This document shows, piece by piece, positions 9,679-20,109 of a stretch of 61,791 nt of DNA (the stretch's first letter is position 1; every line of letters starts with the position of its first letter). The notes below the pieces were generated by a model, which saw nothing but the letters and a program-made list of their open reading frames with translations, made no database searches and was not told the origin of the DNA. Source of the stretch: Bifidobacteriaceae bacterium (GTDB lineage: Bacteria > Actinomycetota > Actinomycetes > Actinomycetales > Bifidobacteriaceae); assembly GCA_029227215.1 (NCBI GenBank), contig JAQXZM010000029.1:1-61791 (forward strand), written 5' to 3'. The position numbers and the translations under genes are program-made.

Positions 9679-9917
9679 AGGGATTTCTCCTTACTTACAC
9701 ACGTAATCTCTTAGTCTACCGAACAATCCCCCACGACGCGACCGAGCGCGACCACCAATTTCTCCGTTGTATAACTTGAGTAATCGATACGCGAGCCATC
9801 AATACGCCAATTACCAACGAGCGACGAATCCAGCGAGGCCTCGCACCGCCACCGAAAATCACCATCAACCCGTCACCAGAAAAGCAGCAATGCAAGAAGC
9901 AGGAAAGAAGGCACAGT

Positions 9918-11162
9918 ATGGAAACCGAGCGCACCAACCCGTTCCGTCCTTCTACCGGCGCCAACCCTCCCGAACTCCTTGGTAGAGAATCAATCTTGGA
10001 AGATTTCGAAGACAGCCTTGTCAACGGTCCAGGTGCGCCGGACCGGCTGCTTCGCATCACGGGAAGCCAAGGAACAGGCAAAACAGTATTGCTCGCCGCT
10101 CTGGGCGATTGCGCCCGACACTACCATTGGCGGGTGCTCGACGAAACCGCAACCACAGGGTTCACTGTGCGCTTGATTGAGAGACTTAAGAGCCTCAAGG
10201 CTTCCGAAAACACCGATGCGGCAACCGACATCGACGCTCGTATCAATACGGAAACCGGATTACTCGAATTACCTCGGCTTTCCCGTCACGAAGCCATCGG
10301 CTCCACCACATCAAGCGATGCCGCTGCACGCGCACACACCGAGACGTATTCCGCAGAATTCAACACTGCCCTGTTACCGCTGGCGCTGCGCGAAACCCTC
10401 AGCGACGCAACACATTCGATCTCGGCACATACCCCAGATGCCGGTCTGCTCATCACTCTTGACGAAACCCAAGGGGCTCCGATCGAGGAACTCCGCTCCC
10501 TGGCGATCGCGGTGCAGCATTTGATTGGCGAAGACCAGAACATCGCCCTCGCATTGGCAGGCCTGCCTGGCATGAACTCCAAGACGATTCACGACGGTGT
10601 CATCTCCTTCACCCGCCGCGCCACACCTGTGGCGCTTAGCGACGTGCCTCTTGATGCAGCGAGGGAATCGTTCGCGGATCTGTTTTCTCGGGCTGGATTC
10701 ACCGTTGATAACGACGCTCTCGACCTCATCACCAACGCCACGCATGGGTATCCATACATGGTGCAGCTTGTTGGTTACAACGCATGGCAACAGGCTCAGA
10801 ATGGCGGAATTCTTGATGTCGCTCGCGCACGACGAAGCGTGGACGCGGCAATCATTCGGCTGGGTGATGCCGTTCTCGAACCAGCCATGAAGGACCTTGC
10901 CAAGGATTCCTCCAAGGTTGGCATCACCTTCCTGCTCGCCATGGCCCAAGACGATGGGCCCTCGCGCACAGCCGACATCGCCGCCAGGCTCAAGCGAACA
11001 CCCGGATATGTGGCACGGTACCGCCAACGACTGCTCGACGCTGGCATCATCCAAGCGCAAAGCTATGGATACGTGGACTTTACGATTCCCTATCTGCGCC
11101 AATGGCTGCAACAGCATGCAGCCACCCTCGTGATGCAATCACAACAGGAAGCCCATGAATAG
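9918..11162 (+). CDS. AAA_16-like ATPase with C-terminal winged helix
   Basis: NPFRP...GRE, Walker A GSQGTGKT, Walker B ITLDE, GYPY(M)VQ, wHTH-like tail YRQRLLDAGII. Confidence 0.85.
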   Translation: METERTNPFRPSTGANPPELLGRESILEDFEDSLVNGPGAPDRLLRITGSQGTGKTVLLAALGDCARHYHWRVLDETATTGFTVRLIERLKSLKASENTDAATDIDARINTETGLLELPRLSRHEAIGSTTSSDAAARAHTETYSAEFNTALLPLALRETLSDATHSISAHTPDAGLLITLDETQGAPIEELRSLAIAVQHLIGEDQNIALALAGLPGMNSKTIHDGVISFTRRATPVALSDVPLDAARESFADLFSRAGFTVDNDALDLITNATHGYPYMVQLVGYNAWQQAQNGGILDVARARRSVDAAIIRLGDAVLEPAMKDLAKDSSKVGITFLLAMAQDDGPSRTADIAARLKRTPGYVARYRQRLLDAGIIQAQSYGYVDFTIPYLRQWLQQHAATLVMQSQQEAHE

Positions 11163-11215
11163 CATCCGCATTCCACCGCGGCATCATCGTGCCACTGCAG
11201 CTAAAGGGGCTTCAC

Positions 11216-11284
11216 CCAACTGGGGGTTGTGGCCGGCATTTGGAGGTTGAAACGCACGGGATGCTGGCTGAAACCCCAAGCTGG
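11216..11284. repeat. 69-bp palindromic element, family A, copy 2
   Basis: CCAACTGGGGGTTGTGGCCGGCAT...ATGCTGGCTGAAACCCCAAGCTGG, between the convergent ATPase and yidC. Confidence 0.8.
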
Positions 11285-11396
11285 GCGAAAGCGATGCAGA
11301 TGCTGCATATGCAAAGGCGCCCCACGACTGGTGTCGCGAGGCGCCTGGATCTGCCCTTGCTGGGCTCGGCTGGGCCTGGTTAGGCCCGCATCCGCG

Positions 11397-12392
11397 CTAC
11401 TTCTTCTTGCGGCGGTTCTTGCGGGTGGGCTGGTAGCGCTGCCCCTGGCCCTTGTGCTCTTCCGCGGCTTCCTTCGCCTTGGCGAGCTGCTCCTCCTCGA
11501 TGGTGGGCAGGCCCTCGCGCTTGCGGCGTGCCTGCTCATGCTTGTAGTCGCGCTTCTCCTTGTCTTCGGCGGCCGGGGAACCCGGGGTCGGCATGTTGCG
11601 CACCTGCCAGAAGGTCTGGCCCAAGGTCCAGCAGTTGTTGGTGAGCCAGTAGATGAGCACGGCGAACGGGAACGCCAGGCCGGAGAAGATGTACATGAAC
11701 GGGAAGATGAGCGCCATCATCATCTGCGAGCGGTACGCCTGGCCTTGCTGGGCTTCCTTGGGCGTGTTGCGGCGGATGTTGTGGAACTGCGAGTAGAACA
11801 TCGTGAAGCACATGAGCGCGATGAAGATGCCGATCGTCACCTTGCCGCCGGCATCCACTTCGTTGAACATGGAGCTCAGGTGGATGTTGAACACCGGGGT
11901 GTTCTGGATGGCCTGCGCGGTCTCCACGGTGAACGCGCCGTACGGCGTGCGCTGGCCGTTCGCCACATAGCGCACCGACGTCAGCACGTAGATCATCGTC
12001 ATGAAGATCGGCGACTGGATGAGCGCCGGGAGGCAGGAGCCCATCGGGTTCGCGCCGTTCTCTTGGTAGAGCTTCATCGTCTCGCGGCTCATCGCCTCGC
12101 GGCTCGCCGGATCGTTCTTGCCCTGGTACTTCTTCTGGATGTGCTGAAGCTTGGGCTGGATGGCCTGCATGCGGCGCATCGATTTCATCTGCTTGATGAA
12201 CAGCGGCAGAATGCACAGCCTCACCAAGACCACGAGCATGACGATCGACAGCACCCAGGCGATGCCCGGGCCGTCGCTCATGCCCAGGAACACGAAGCCT
12301 TTGTGGAAGGCATCGAGCAGATAGGTCATCAGCCATTCAAGGGGGTAGAGAAGCCGGTAAAAGGCTCCCCAAAAGCCACTGTCGAGCGTCAT
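11397..12392 (-). CDS. yidC: Membrane protein insertase YidC
   Basis: VRLCILPL, NPMGSCLPALIQSPIF, IYWLTNN; synteny. Confidence 0.95.
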   Translation of the reverse strand: MTLDSGFWGAFYRLLYPLEWLMTYLLDAFHKGFVFLGMSDGPGIAWVLSIVMLVVLVRLCILPLFIKQMKSMRRMQAIQPKLQHIQKKYQGKNDPASREAMSRETMKLYQENGANPMGSCLPALIQSPIFMTMIYVLTSVRYVANGQRTPYGAFTVETAQAIQNTPVFNIHLSSMFNEVDAGGKVTIGIFIALMCFTMFYSQFHNIRRNTPKEAQQGQAYRSQMMMALIFPFMYIFSGLAFPFAVLIYWLTNNCWTLGQTFWQVRNMPTPGSPAAEDKEKRDYKHEQARRKREGLPTIEEEQLAKAKEAAEEHKGQGQRYQPTRKNRRKKK

Positions 12393-12484
12393 GCGACGGT
12401 CTCCTTGCCTCTAGTTTTCTGTGTATTGATGTCTGTGTATTGATGATGCGATTGATAGCGTTGCACTTGATGGTGCGATGGGCG

Positions 12485-12982
12485 CTATGAGCTGGCGGAA
12501 TCATTCACCATGCCAGGCGCAGATTGCTGTGCGGATTCACAAACGGATTCGCAGACAGATTCGCCGACGGATTCGCGGGCAGATTGCTGTGCATCCTCGC
12601 CTTGGTAGGCGCGGGACCAGCGGAACCGATAGAAAAGCGAGAATGTGGCGGGCACATCATCGATGCCGCCATTGTTCCACGGCTGGCAGCGCAAGAGCCT
12701 CGCCACCGCCAGCGCGCCGCCGCGAAACACACCGAAGCGTTCGATGGCGGTGAGCGCATAGGCGGAACATGTGGGATAGTATTTGCACCGCGCGGGGAAT
12801 CCCGGCGAAATCACGCGCTGGTACCAGCGGATCGCCGCAATGAAGCCACGGCGGAGCGCACGGGATACCGCACGGCACATGCCCGACACCGTATGCGATA
12901 CCGCGGATAGGGCGCGGCGCACCACGCTGTGATGAGCGTGATGGCTGTGCCGCACACGCGCGGTGTCGTCGGTCGCCGTCAT
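12485..12982 (-). CDS. yidD: Membrane protein insertion efficiency factor YidD
   Basis: YQRVISP...[10 protein letters not shown]...[14 protein letters not shown]. Confidence 0.92.
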   Translation of the reverse strand: MTATDDTARVRHSHHAHHSVVRRALSAVSHTVSGMCRAVSRALRRGFIAAIRWYQRVISPGFPARCKYYPTCSAYALTAIERFGVFRGGALAVARLLRCQPWNNGGIDDVPATFSLFYRFRWSRAYQGEDAQQSARESVGESVCESVCESAQQSAPGMVNDSASS

Positions 12983-13539
12983 GCCTGCTCCGCAGTTGCG
13001 TGATTCGCGGGCGGCGTGGCCGATTGGGCGGATGATGATGCTGCCGACGATGGCACCGATGATGCTAACGATTGCGATGCAGACAACGGTGATGCGGACG
13101 ACAGCGATGCCGATGATGCCGCAGGCGTCTGCTCAGATGCCCGCACAGATACCTGCACAGGTGCCTGCGCCGTCGCCAGGCGCTTGGCGGCTTTGGCGAA
13201 CAACGTCGCCACCTGGGCGTCCAGGGATTGGAACGATGCGTGCGCCGCCGACGGTCTGGCCCGCATGACGATGTCGCACCCCGCGGGCAGCGTCGCCTCA
13301 TGCGCACGCGCGAGCACGCGGAAACGCCGCTTGACGGCGTTGCGCGTCACGGCATGCCCCACGTTTTTCGACACCGCGAGTCCCAGGCGCTTGGCACCGG
13401 CATCCGCAACCCCGCCATTGACGACGTCGGGAACAGCGGATTCACGTATGCAAAAATGCACAACAAGGTCACGACTGGTGACCTTGGTGCGCTGCTTTAC
13501 AACATGGACGAAATCGCGGTGACTTTTCAGTCGCTCCAC
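12979..13539 (-). CDS. rnpA: RNase P protein component
   Basis: [24 protein letters not shown]-rich tail. Confidence 0.93.
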   Translation of the reverse strand: MERLKSHRDFVHVVKQRTKVTSRDLVVHFCIRESAVPDVVNGGVADAGAKRLGLAVSKNVGHAVTRNAVKRRFRVLARAHEATLPAGCDIVMRARPSAAHASFQSLDAQVATLFAKAAKRLATAQAPVQVSVRASEQTPAASSASLSSASPLSASQSLASSVPSSAASSSAQSATPPANHATAEQA

Positions 13540-13557
13540 AAGTCGGCTGGTCCGCTC

Positions 13558-13692
13558 TTACGCAGACAGAACCTTGCGGCCCTTGGCGCGGCGACGGTTG
13601 ATGGTCGCGCGGCCGGAACGGGTGCGCATGCGCACGCGGAAACCGTGCTTCATGTGACGACGGCGATTGTTGGGCTGGAATGTCCTCTTCAT
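13558..13692 (-). CDS. rpmH: 50S ribosomal protein L34
   Basis: Not in ORF track. Manual translation [44 protein letters not shown]. Confidence 0.97.
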   Translation of the reverse strand: MKRTFQPNNRRRHMKHGFRVRMRTRSGRATINRRRAKGRKVLSA

Positions 13693-13753
13693 AGTTAATG
13701 CTCCCGGTTACAGGCCACGCTTGCGCGCGGCTCCTCATGAGTCAAGCTCTACC

Positions 13754-13782
13754 AAATTACTCTGAGGGGTGGAATTAGTCAA
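13754..13782 (-). promoter_or_regulatory. rpmH operon promoter
   Basis: TTGACT-17 nt-TAATTT. Confidence 0.55.
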
Positions 13783-13981
13783 AAGCGCGAGCGCGACACG
13801 CGGGGCGATGATGTATTTTCCATGAATTGTGTCATAATCTCTCCTCGTTTGCCGCGAGTCCTTTCACGGGCCTGCCGTGAACGCGTTCCTGACAAACGCA
13901 CCTCGCGCAAGCATCGCACCGTGGCAAGCCGGCAGGATTCGTCCACAAGGAATCCACCGGACGTCCACCTGTCGCCGCCAA

Positions 13982-14162
13982 TTATGCACAGTTTATGCAC
14001 ATGCCGGCGGCGTGACTTACCCACATTCTTGAACAGTGCATAACCGTTGGAATTTCAACGGTTTTCGACTTCATAACACTCGAAGCGGAACTCTAGTTAT
14101 CCACAAACTACATCGGTGTTATTCACAATCGGACTCATTGCAACACGCTACGATGTGGATAA
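13982..14162. promoter_or_regulatory. DnaA-box cluster upstream of dnaA
   Basis: TTATGCACA 13982 and 13993, TTACCCACA 14017, TTATCCACA 14097, TTATTCACA 14119, TGTGGATAA 14154. Confidence 0.88.
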
Positions 14163-14341
14163 CTTTCGAAACGTGGAGTATAACTAGATAGCCGTCACCA
14201 CAATTCACGTGGGACTCATGTGGAGCCACAGACACGTGGAAGACACATGGAGACACAAACACTCCGGCCGGCCGACTCCGACGCCGCCCGACCCGAAGCA
14301 CAATCACCACCGCAATGCCCGACATGCAGGAAGGAAGCAGC

Positions 14342-16426
14342 ATGGCAGATACCGATGAAGCCGCAGCGATCTGGTCACGTGCCAAAGCGCTGCTTCTCTC
14401 GAACAATTCGCTGTCGGAACGCTACAAGAGCTGCATCAGCGAGATCAAGCCTTTCCGTTGCTTCGACAACATGATCATCCTCGAAGCGACGAACGAATTC
14501 ACCCGCATCACCATCGAGAACAACATCTCGAAGGATGTGCTCCAGGCCTTGAAACTCGCCGCCGGCAAGGACATGACGTTCCTCATCCACCTGGTGCCGG
14601 CGCCTGGTGCGGGTGCCACCGGCCCCACGCCTGCCGACGACCCCAACGATGCCATTGCCATTGCTTCCCAGGCGCACCAGCGCAATGCGATGCCCACCCC
14701 TGCCACGATGGCGCGGCAGACGGCGCAGCCCAGCATGCGACCGGGCATGCAGCAGGGCGTCGGCCAGGGCATGCCGCAGAACCCTGCGCAGCACCCCGGT
14801 CACCATTCCCAGCGGCAGCAGCGCGACCCGCGCCAAGGCACGCTTTTTGACCAGGACGCGTTCAACCAGGCGAACCAGGCCGGCCAGGCGAATCCGGCGG
14901 CCCAGCAATCCCAAGCGACATCCCAAGGAGCTCAATCCGCTCAAGCAAGCGGTACCGCACCGGGCACGAATGCACCGAATATCAACGCACCCGCTGCAAA
15001 CGCGAATGCCGCGAATCCCCAGGGCTTTGAGACCAATGGCGCCACCTATACCGGCGCCGACACCTACGGCAATGGCTACGGCCCGGCATACAGCGCCCCT
15101 GCCGCGCCGACCGTGCCAGGCACCGACCCGTATGGCACGAACCCTTACGACGACTACGCCGCCTACCCGCAAGCGCCGTCGATGCCCGCCGCGCCGGGAT
15201 ACGCCACGAACCAGGGCGCACCGCAGCAAGGCACCGCCCAGCCGGGCGTGCCCGCGCGCCCCCGCCCGATGCCGGCGCCGCGCAAAACCGTGCAGATGGG
15301 CCCGGCGGCACCGGCGTCTTACGCACCTGGCTATGCGCAACGCGACATGCAGATGTCCACCCCGCGCATGAACCGCGATGAGGAGACGCATCTCAACAAG
15401 CTCGCCACCTTCGATACGTTCGTCGCCGGCGATTCCAACCGTTTCGCGCACGCCGTGGCACTCGCCGTGGCGGAGACGCCCGGCAAGCTCTACAACCCGC
15501 TGTGCATCTACGGCGGCCCGGGCCTGGGCAAGACCCACCTCCTCAACGCCATCGGCAACGAGGCGCTGCGCGAGAACCCGTCGCTCAAGGTGCGTTACGC
15601 CAACTCCGAGGAGTTCACGAACGAGTTCATCGAAGCGCTGCGCACGTCGTCCACCGACCCCAATGGCGTGACGAACTTCAACCGCCGCTACCGCGAATGC
15701 GATATCCTGCTCATCGACGACATCCAGTTCCTGCGCGGCGAAGAGACGATGCGGCAGTTCTTCCACACGTTCAACGCGCTCCACCAGGCGAATAAGCAGA
15801 TCGTGATCGCCTCCGATGTGGCGCCCAAGAACCTCAAGGGCTTCGAGCAGCGCCTCATTTCGCGCTTCGATTCGGGCCTGTCGGTGGACGTGCGCCCGCC
15901 GGATCTGGAGACGCGAATCGCCATTCTGCGCATGAAGGCGCAGACGAGCGGCATGGAAGTGCCCAACGACGTGCTCAACCTCATCGCCGAGCAGGTGACC
16001 GACAACGTGCGAGAGCTCGAAGGCGCCCTGACGCGCGTGCATGCGATGGCGTCGCTCAACAAGCAGCCGCTTACGCGCGCCCTTGCCGAGCAGACGCTCC
16101 AGGACTTCTTCTCGTCGAACGTGGAGATCACCCCCACCGACATCATCACGGCGACGGCGCAGTATTTCCAGCTGACCTTCGACGACCTCGTGGGCACGAG
16201 CCGCACGAAAAACATTGCAATGGCGCGGCAAATCGCCATGTACATGGCGCGCGAGATGACAAGCCTCTCCCTGGTGGACATCGGCGAGATCTTCGGTGGG
16301 CGCGACCATTCCACGGTTATGCACGCATGTCGCAAGATCACGTCGGAGATGGCGGAAAAGCGCGAGGTCTACAACTACGTGAACGAGCTCACCATGCTCA
16401 TCAAACGCAAAGGATCCTCGAAGTAA
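14342..16426 (+). CDS. dnaA: Chromosomal replication initiator DnaA with a very long domain II
   Basis: YNPLCIYGGPGLGKTHL, LLIDDIQF, VRELEGAL, GGRDHSTV; start chosen after GAAGGA (alternative 14315). Confidence 0.97.
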   Translation: MADTDEAAAIWSRAKALLLSNNSLSERYKSCISEIKPFRCFDNMIILEATNEFTRITIENNISKDVLQALKLAAGKDMTFLIHLVPAPGAGATGPTPADDPNDAIAIASQAHQRNAMPTPATMARQTAQPSMRPGMQQGVGQGMPQNPAQHPGHHSQRQQRDPRQGTLFDQDAFNQANQAGQANPAAQQSQATSQGAQSAQASGTAPGTNAPNINAPAANANAANPQGFETNGATYTGADTYGNGYGPAYSAPAAPTVPGTDPYGTNPYDDYAAYPQAPSMPAAPGYATNQGAPQQGTAQPGVPARPRPMPAPRKTVQMGPAAPASYAPGYAQRDMQMSTPRMNRDEETHLNKLATFDTFVAGDSNRFAHAVALAVAETPGKLYNPLCIYGGPGLGKTHLLNAIGNEALRENPSLKVRYANSEEFTNEFIEALRTSSTDPNGVTNFNRRYRECDILLIDDIQFLRGEETMRQFFHTFNALHQANKQIVIASDVAPKNLKGFEQRLISRFDSGLSVDVRPPDLETRIAILRMKAQTSGMEVPNDVLNLIAEQVTDNVRELEGALTRVHAMASLNKQPLTRALAEQTLQDFFSSNVEITPTDIITATAQYFQLTFDDLVGTSRTKNIAMARQIAMYMAREMTSLSLVDIGEIFGGRDHSTVMHACRKITSEMAEKREVYNYVNELTMLIKRKGSSK

Positions 16427-16566
16427 GGTTGCCTCTTGCTGAGCGTCGCTTAAAAACATCTCGTGTGATTTTTCTCTAGATGCTGGAATTCACATCGGCG
16501 GCATCTGGGCGAAATGCGTCTAATTTTGGGCTCTTAACGGCCTTTCTGAGCCCAAAATCGCCTTAG

Positions 16567-16840
16567 TTATCCACATCGTTATCCACAATCGCCCGAAATC
16601 GCGGCGGAAAAGCGGCTTTTTTCGGTGGAAAAATCGTGGACGAGATGGTGAAAAATCGTTGGAAACTGGGGATAAAATTGAGACAGCTTGCGCCTGTGGA
16701 TAAGTCGGGTTGTCATCAACAAGTTATCCACAGTGAATTCACATCGGTGGGAAACTCGGAAGGCTACTGATTGGAACGCTTCACAAAGTTTTCCACAAAT
16801 CCACCGGCACTATCACTACTACTAATGGATATATAAGGCT
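16567..16840. promoter_or_regulatory. oriC: oriC core: DnaA boxes, DnaA-trios and AT-rich unwinding region
   Basis: TTATCCACA 16567, 16579, 16724; TGTGGATAA 16695; TTTTCCACA 16789, then GC-rich CCACCGGC and ACTATCACTACTACTA (16809-16824; 3'-GAT-5' trios on the other strand), then GATATATAA. Confidence 0.88.
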
Positions 16841-17085
16841 CTTGAATATCGTAACAATAGGTCACTGCATAAAACGTGCATATTTTTATGCACCCGATTT
16901 GCATACAGGAAATCAGTTCCTGCATAAAACGGAAGTGCAAAACCCACAGGTAGTGCGATATGAGAGTCACAACAAGAAGAAGGCGGGTGCTCAGGAAGGA
17001 CAGTGGTTTAGTAAACGTTTAGCTGTTCCACGGGTTTCAGGTATTACTTTTCCCAACACCATTTCTGCCGCTTTCTCACCATCGG

Positions 17086-17189
17086 ATTCTCAATAAGGAT
17101 TGTGGCGGGATCGCTTATCACACCCTCCTCGATTCTCAATAAGCGCATTCTGGAATTGAAAGATGGCAAGCGTTCGAATTCTCAATAAG
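17086..17189. repeat. Three identical 12-mers ATTCTCAATAAG at a 46-bp period
   Basis: Starts at 17086, 17132, 17178; unrelated 34-nt spacers. Confidence 0.8.
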
Positions 17190-17647
17190 CGGGCGTCCAA
17201 GCGGGCGTCACAGACTGTTTTGGTCTTTTTCGATACGCAACCCGTCACACATTCCGATGTTCACCCGCTCACCCGTTGCGCAACCCGCCGCTCACTCACG
17301 TCGCTCGTCCCATTGCAAAGTTCCTCGGATACGCTCTGCGCGTCTTTGCCGGCAAGGAAGACATACCCTAGGTAGAATCGAAGAAGCAGAGGGATTAGAC
17401 TGTGAATCCCTTAGGGGGGTTCATCGCGGATGCCGGGCTGGCACACGTCGGCCAGCGGCTTGCGAGGTCCCCGGACACGCCCGGGCCACACCCGGGCAGG
17501 GAGTGCCGATGGCTCCGGCAGTGACGCAGCGAAAGCAACAAGCCAGCGTCAGCAACGCCACCGGCGGCTCCGCCACTTATTCGTCATATGCCGCACGTCA
17601 CACACCGCGTGCTGCAAGGAAGCACCGACCAGAAGGCAGGGTTCGTT

Positions 17648-18772
17648 ATGAAGGTTGAGGTTAATTCCGCTGATTTCGCCGACGCGGTCAATTGGACGAC
17701 GCACATCATCCCGACGCGCCCGGCGATGCCGATTCTCCAAGGCGTCAAGATCGATGCCGCGGAGGGCACCATGAACCTTTCCGCCTTCGATTACGACGTG
17801 ACCGACCGCCACCACATCGAGGCTGACGTGGACGAGCCGGGCACCATCGTGGTGCTGGGCAAGCTGCTCGCCGACATTTCGAAGAACCTGCCCGCCGAGA
17901 AGACGACGCTCGCCACCGAAGGCACGCGCCTGCTCATCCGCAGCGGCAAGGCGCGCTTCTCGCTCCAGCTCATGCCGGAGTCCGACTACCCGCAGCTGCC
18001 CGAGGTACCGCAGGTGCTGGGCCGCGTGGACGGCGAAACCTTCGCCCATGCGGTGAACCAGGCGGCGGTGTCGGTGGCGAAGGAAGACAGCCGCCCGATC
18101 CTCGCAGCCATCCTCATGGAATTCCACGGCGACAAGGTGACGATGATCTCCACCGACCGCTTCCGCCTCAGCCAGATCACGTTCTCGTGGACCCCGGAGA
18201 ACCCCGACGTGGAGACGAAGGCGCAGGTGCGCGGCACGCTGCTGCAGGGCATCGCCCGCTTCGTGGACACCACGCAGAACGTGACGCTGGACTTCGACCC
18301 GGAGAGCCAGCGGCTGCTGGGCATCGAGAACGCCGGTCGCATCTCCACCACGCAGCTCGTGGAAGGCGACTTCCCCGCCGTGCATTCGCTGTTCCGCGAC
18401 GAGTACCCGATTCAGGCCGTGGTGAACCGTCAGGAACTGCTCGACGCCCTGCACCGCGTGACGCTCGTTGCCGAGCGCAACTCGACGATCCGCTGCCGCT
18501 TCACCCAGGACGACCTCATGCTGTCCGCCGGCGCTGCCGACGAATCGCAGGCGTCCGAGTCCATCGCGGTGGACCTCGACGGCGGCGACATCACCGTGGC
18601 GTTCAACCCCCGGTACCTGGAGGAAGGCCTCAAGGCCTTCGACGAGCCGTATGTGCGCATCAAGATGACCGATGCGCTCAAGGCCGTGGAAATCAACGGC
18701 CAGCAGGAGGCGGACTCCGACGAATCCCTCGACTTCCGCTACCTGCTGGTGCCGGTGCGCTTCACCGAGTAG
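17648..18772 (+). CDS. dnaN: DNA polymerase III beta sliding clamp
   Basis: MKVEVNS start, STDRFRL, AFNPRYL, YLLVPVR; synteny. Confidence 0.96.
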   Translation: MKVEVNSADFADAVNWTTHIIPTRPAMPILQGVKIDAAEGTMNLSAFDYDVTDRHHIEADVDEPGTIVVLGKLLADISKNLPAEKTTLATEGTRLLIRSGKARFSLQLMPESDYPQLPEVPQVLGRVDGETFAHAVNQAAVSVAKEDSRPILAAILMEFHGDKVTMISTDRFRLSQITFSWTPENPDVETKAQVRGTLLQGIARFVDTTQNVTLDFDPESQRLLGIENAGRISTTQLVEGDFPAVHSLFRDEYPIQAVVNRQELLDALHRVTLVAERNSTIRCRFTQDDLMLSAGAADESQASESIAVDLDGGDITVAFNPRYLEEGLKAFDEPYVRIKMTDALKAVEINGQQEADSDESLDFRYLLVPVRFTE

Positions 18773-18786
18773 CCGGGCGACCGCCG

Positions 18787-20109
18787 ATGCGCGTTTCCCG
18801 GTTGGTGCTTGACCACTACCGTTCCTGGAAGCACTGTTTGGTTGATTTCGAGCCAGGCGTCAACGTGCTCTATGGCAGGAACGGCCTGGGCAAGACGAAC
18901 ATCGTCGAGGCAGTGGAGGTGCTGGCGACCGGAGGGTCGCATCGCGCCTCCGCCACCGTGCCGTTGGTGGAGCGCGGCGAGAAGACCGCGACGATCCGTG
19001 CCAACGTGATCGATGGCGCGGTTGGCGGCGATGCCGCCTATGTGGTTGACGGTATCGATACTGCAAACCACACAGATGCTTCAGGCGCCACAGTCTCTTC
19101 AGACTCCGCAGGCACTTCAGCTTCCGACGCGCGCACCACGATGTATGCGGTCACGCTGCCGGTGCGCGGCGGCAACAAGGCGCGCATCAATGGCGGCGCC
19201 AGCATGCCGCTGCGCTCCGTGGTGGGCCAGGTGCGTGCCGTGGTGTTCGCCCCGGACGACCAGCTGCTCGTCTCGATGGACCCGGCGCGGCGCCGCGGGT
19301 TCCTGGACTCCGCTGGCGTGCAATTGGTGCCCGGCTATTACGAGACCGCCCAGGAATTCACCCACATCGCCAAGCAGCGGGCGAAACTGCTGCGGCAGAT
19401 CGGCCAGGAACGCGCCCTGGGGCACGGCATCGCACCGCTGCTCGATGGGCTGGAGGCATGGACCGCGAGCTTCATCGACCGCGGATTGCAGCTCACCCAG
19501 ATGCGTTCCCAGGTGTGCGAGGCGCTGCATGCGCCGTTCGCCTCGATTTACGAACGTCTTTCGGGAGGCGGCGAGGCGACGATGCTCTATGCGCCTGGCT
19601 TTGCGGAGGCCGCCGCCGTGTGCACGGCACCGGTGGCGCGGCAGGACTGGCAGTCCGCGCCCCAGGAAGGCGTGCCGGTGCTTGAGGCGATCAGCGGGCA
19701 CTTCCAGCGCATCTTCGAGGGCGAGGTGGCGCAGTCGCGCAATCTCATCGGCCCGCATCGCGACGACGTGACGTTCATGCTCGACGGCGCCCCCGCGAGG
19801 GATTACGCGAGCAACGGCGAGATGTGGACGATCGCCCTGGCGCTCAAGATGGCGCTGTGCACCGTGCTCGAAGGCATGCCCGCCCGCGACGACGCCCCGC
19901 AGGGCGCGCCCGTGCTGATCCTTGACGATGTGTTTTCGCAGCTCGATGCGTCGCGACGTGCGCAGATTGTGGAGTTCGCCTCCCACAAGGAGCAGACGCT
20001 CATCACCGTCGCCGCACCAGGCGACGTGCCGAATGGAGTCGACGGTATCGGCGCCCACATGATCGATGTGGAGAAGACGAAGGAGGATTCCGATGCCTCC
20101 GCATGGTGA
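18787..20109 (+). CDS. recF: DNA replication/repair protein RecF
   Basis: Start MRVSRLVLDHYRSW at 18787; GRNGLGKTN, GPHRDD, ASNGE, LILDDVFSQLD. Confidence 0.94.
   Translation: MRVSRLVLDHYRSWKHCLVDFEPGVNVLYGRNGLGKTNIVEAVEVLATGGSHRASATVPLVERGEKTATIRANVIDGAVGGDAAYVVDGIDTANHTDASGATVSSDSAGTSASDARTTMYAVTLPVRGGNKARINGGASMPLRSVVGQVRAVVFAPDDQLLVSMDPARRRGFLDSAGVQLVPGYYETAQEFTHIAKQRAKLLRQIGQERALGHGIAPLLDGLEAWTASFIDRGLQLTQMRSQVCEALHAPFASIYERLSGGGEATMLYAPGFAEAAAVCTAPVARQDWQSAPQEGVPVLEAISGHFQRIFEGEVAQSRNLIGPHRDDVTFMLDGAPARDYASNGEMWTIALALKMALCTVLEGMPARDDAPQGAPVLILDDVFSQLDASRRAQIVEFASHKEQTLITVAAPGDVPNGVDGIGAHMIDVEKTKEDSDASAW

Noticed and set aside
14201..14256. CAYRTGG repeats upstream of dnaA as extra parS sites
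   Set aside because: The best copy matches only 10/16 and lacks the palindromic arms
18187..18786. 640-aa ORF suggesting an N-terminally extended RecF
   Set aside because: The extension is an off-frame overlap with dnaN; RecF homology begins at ATG 18787
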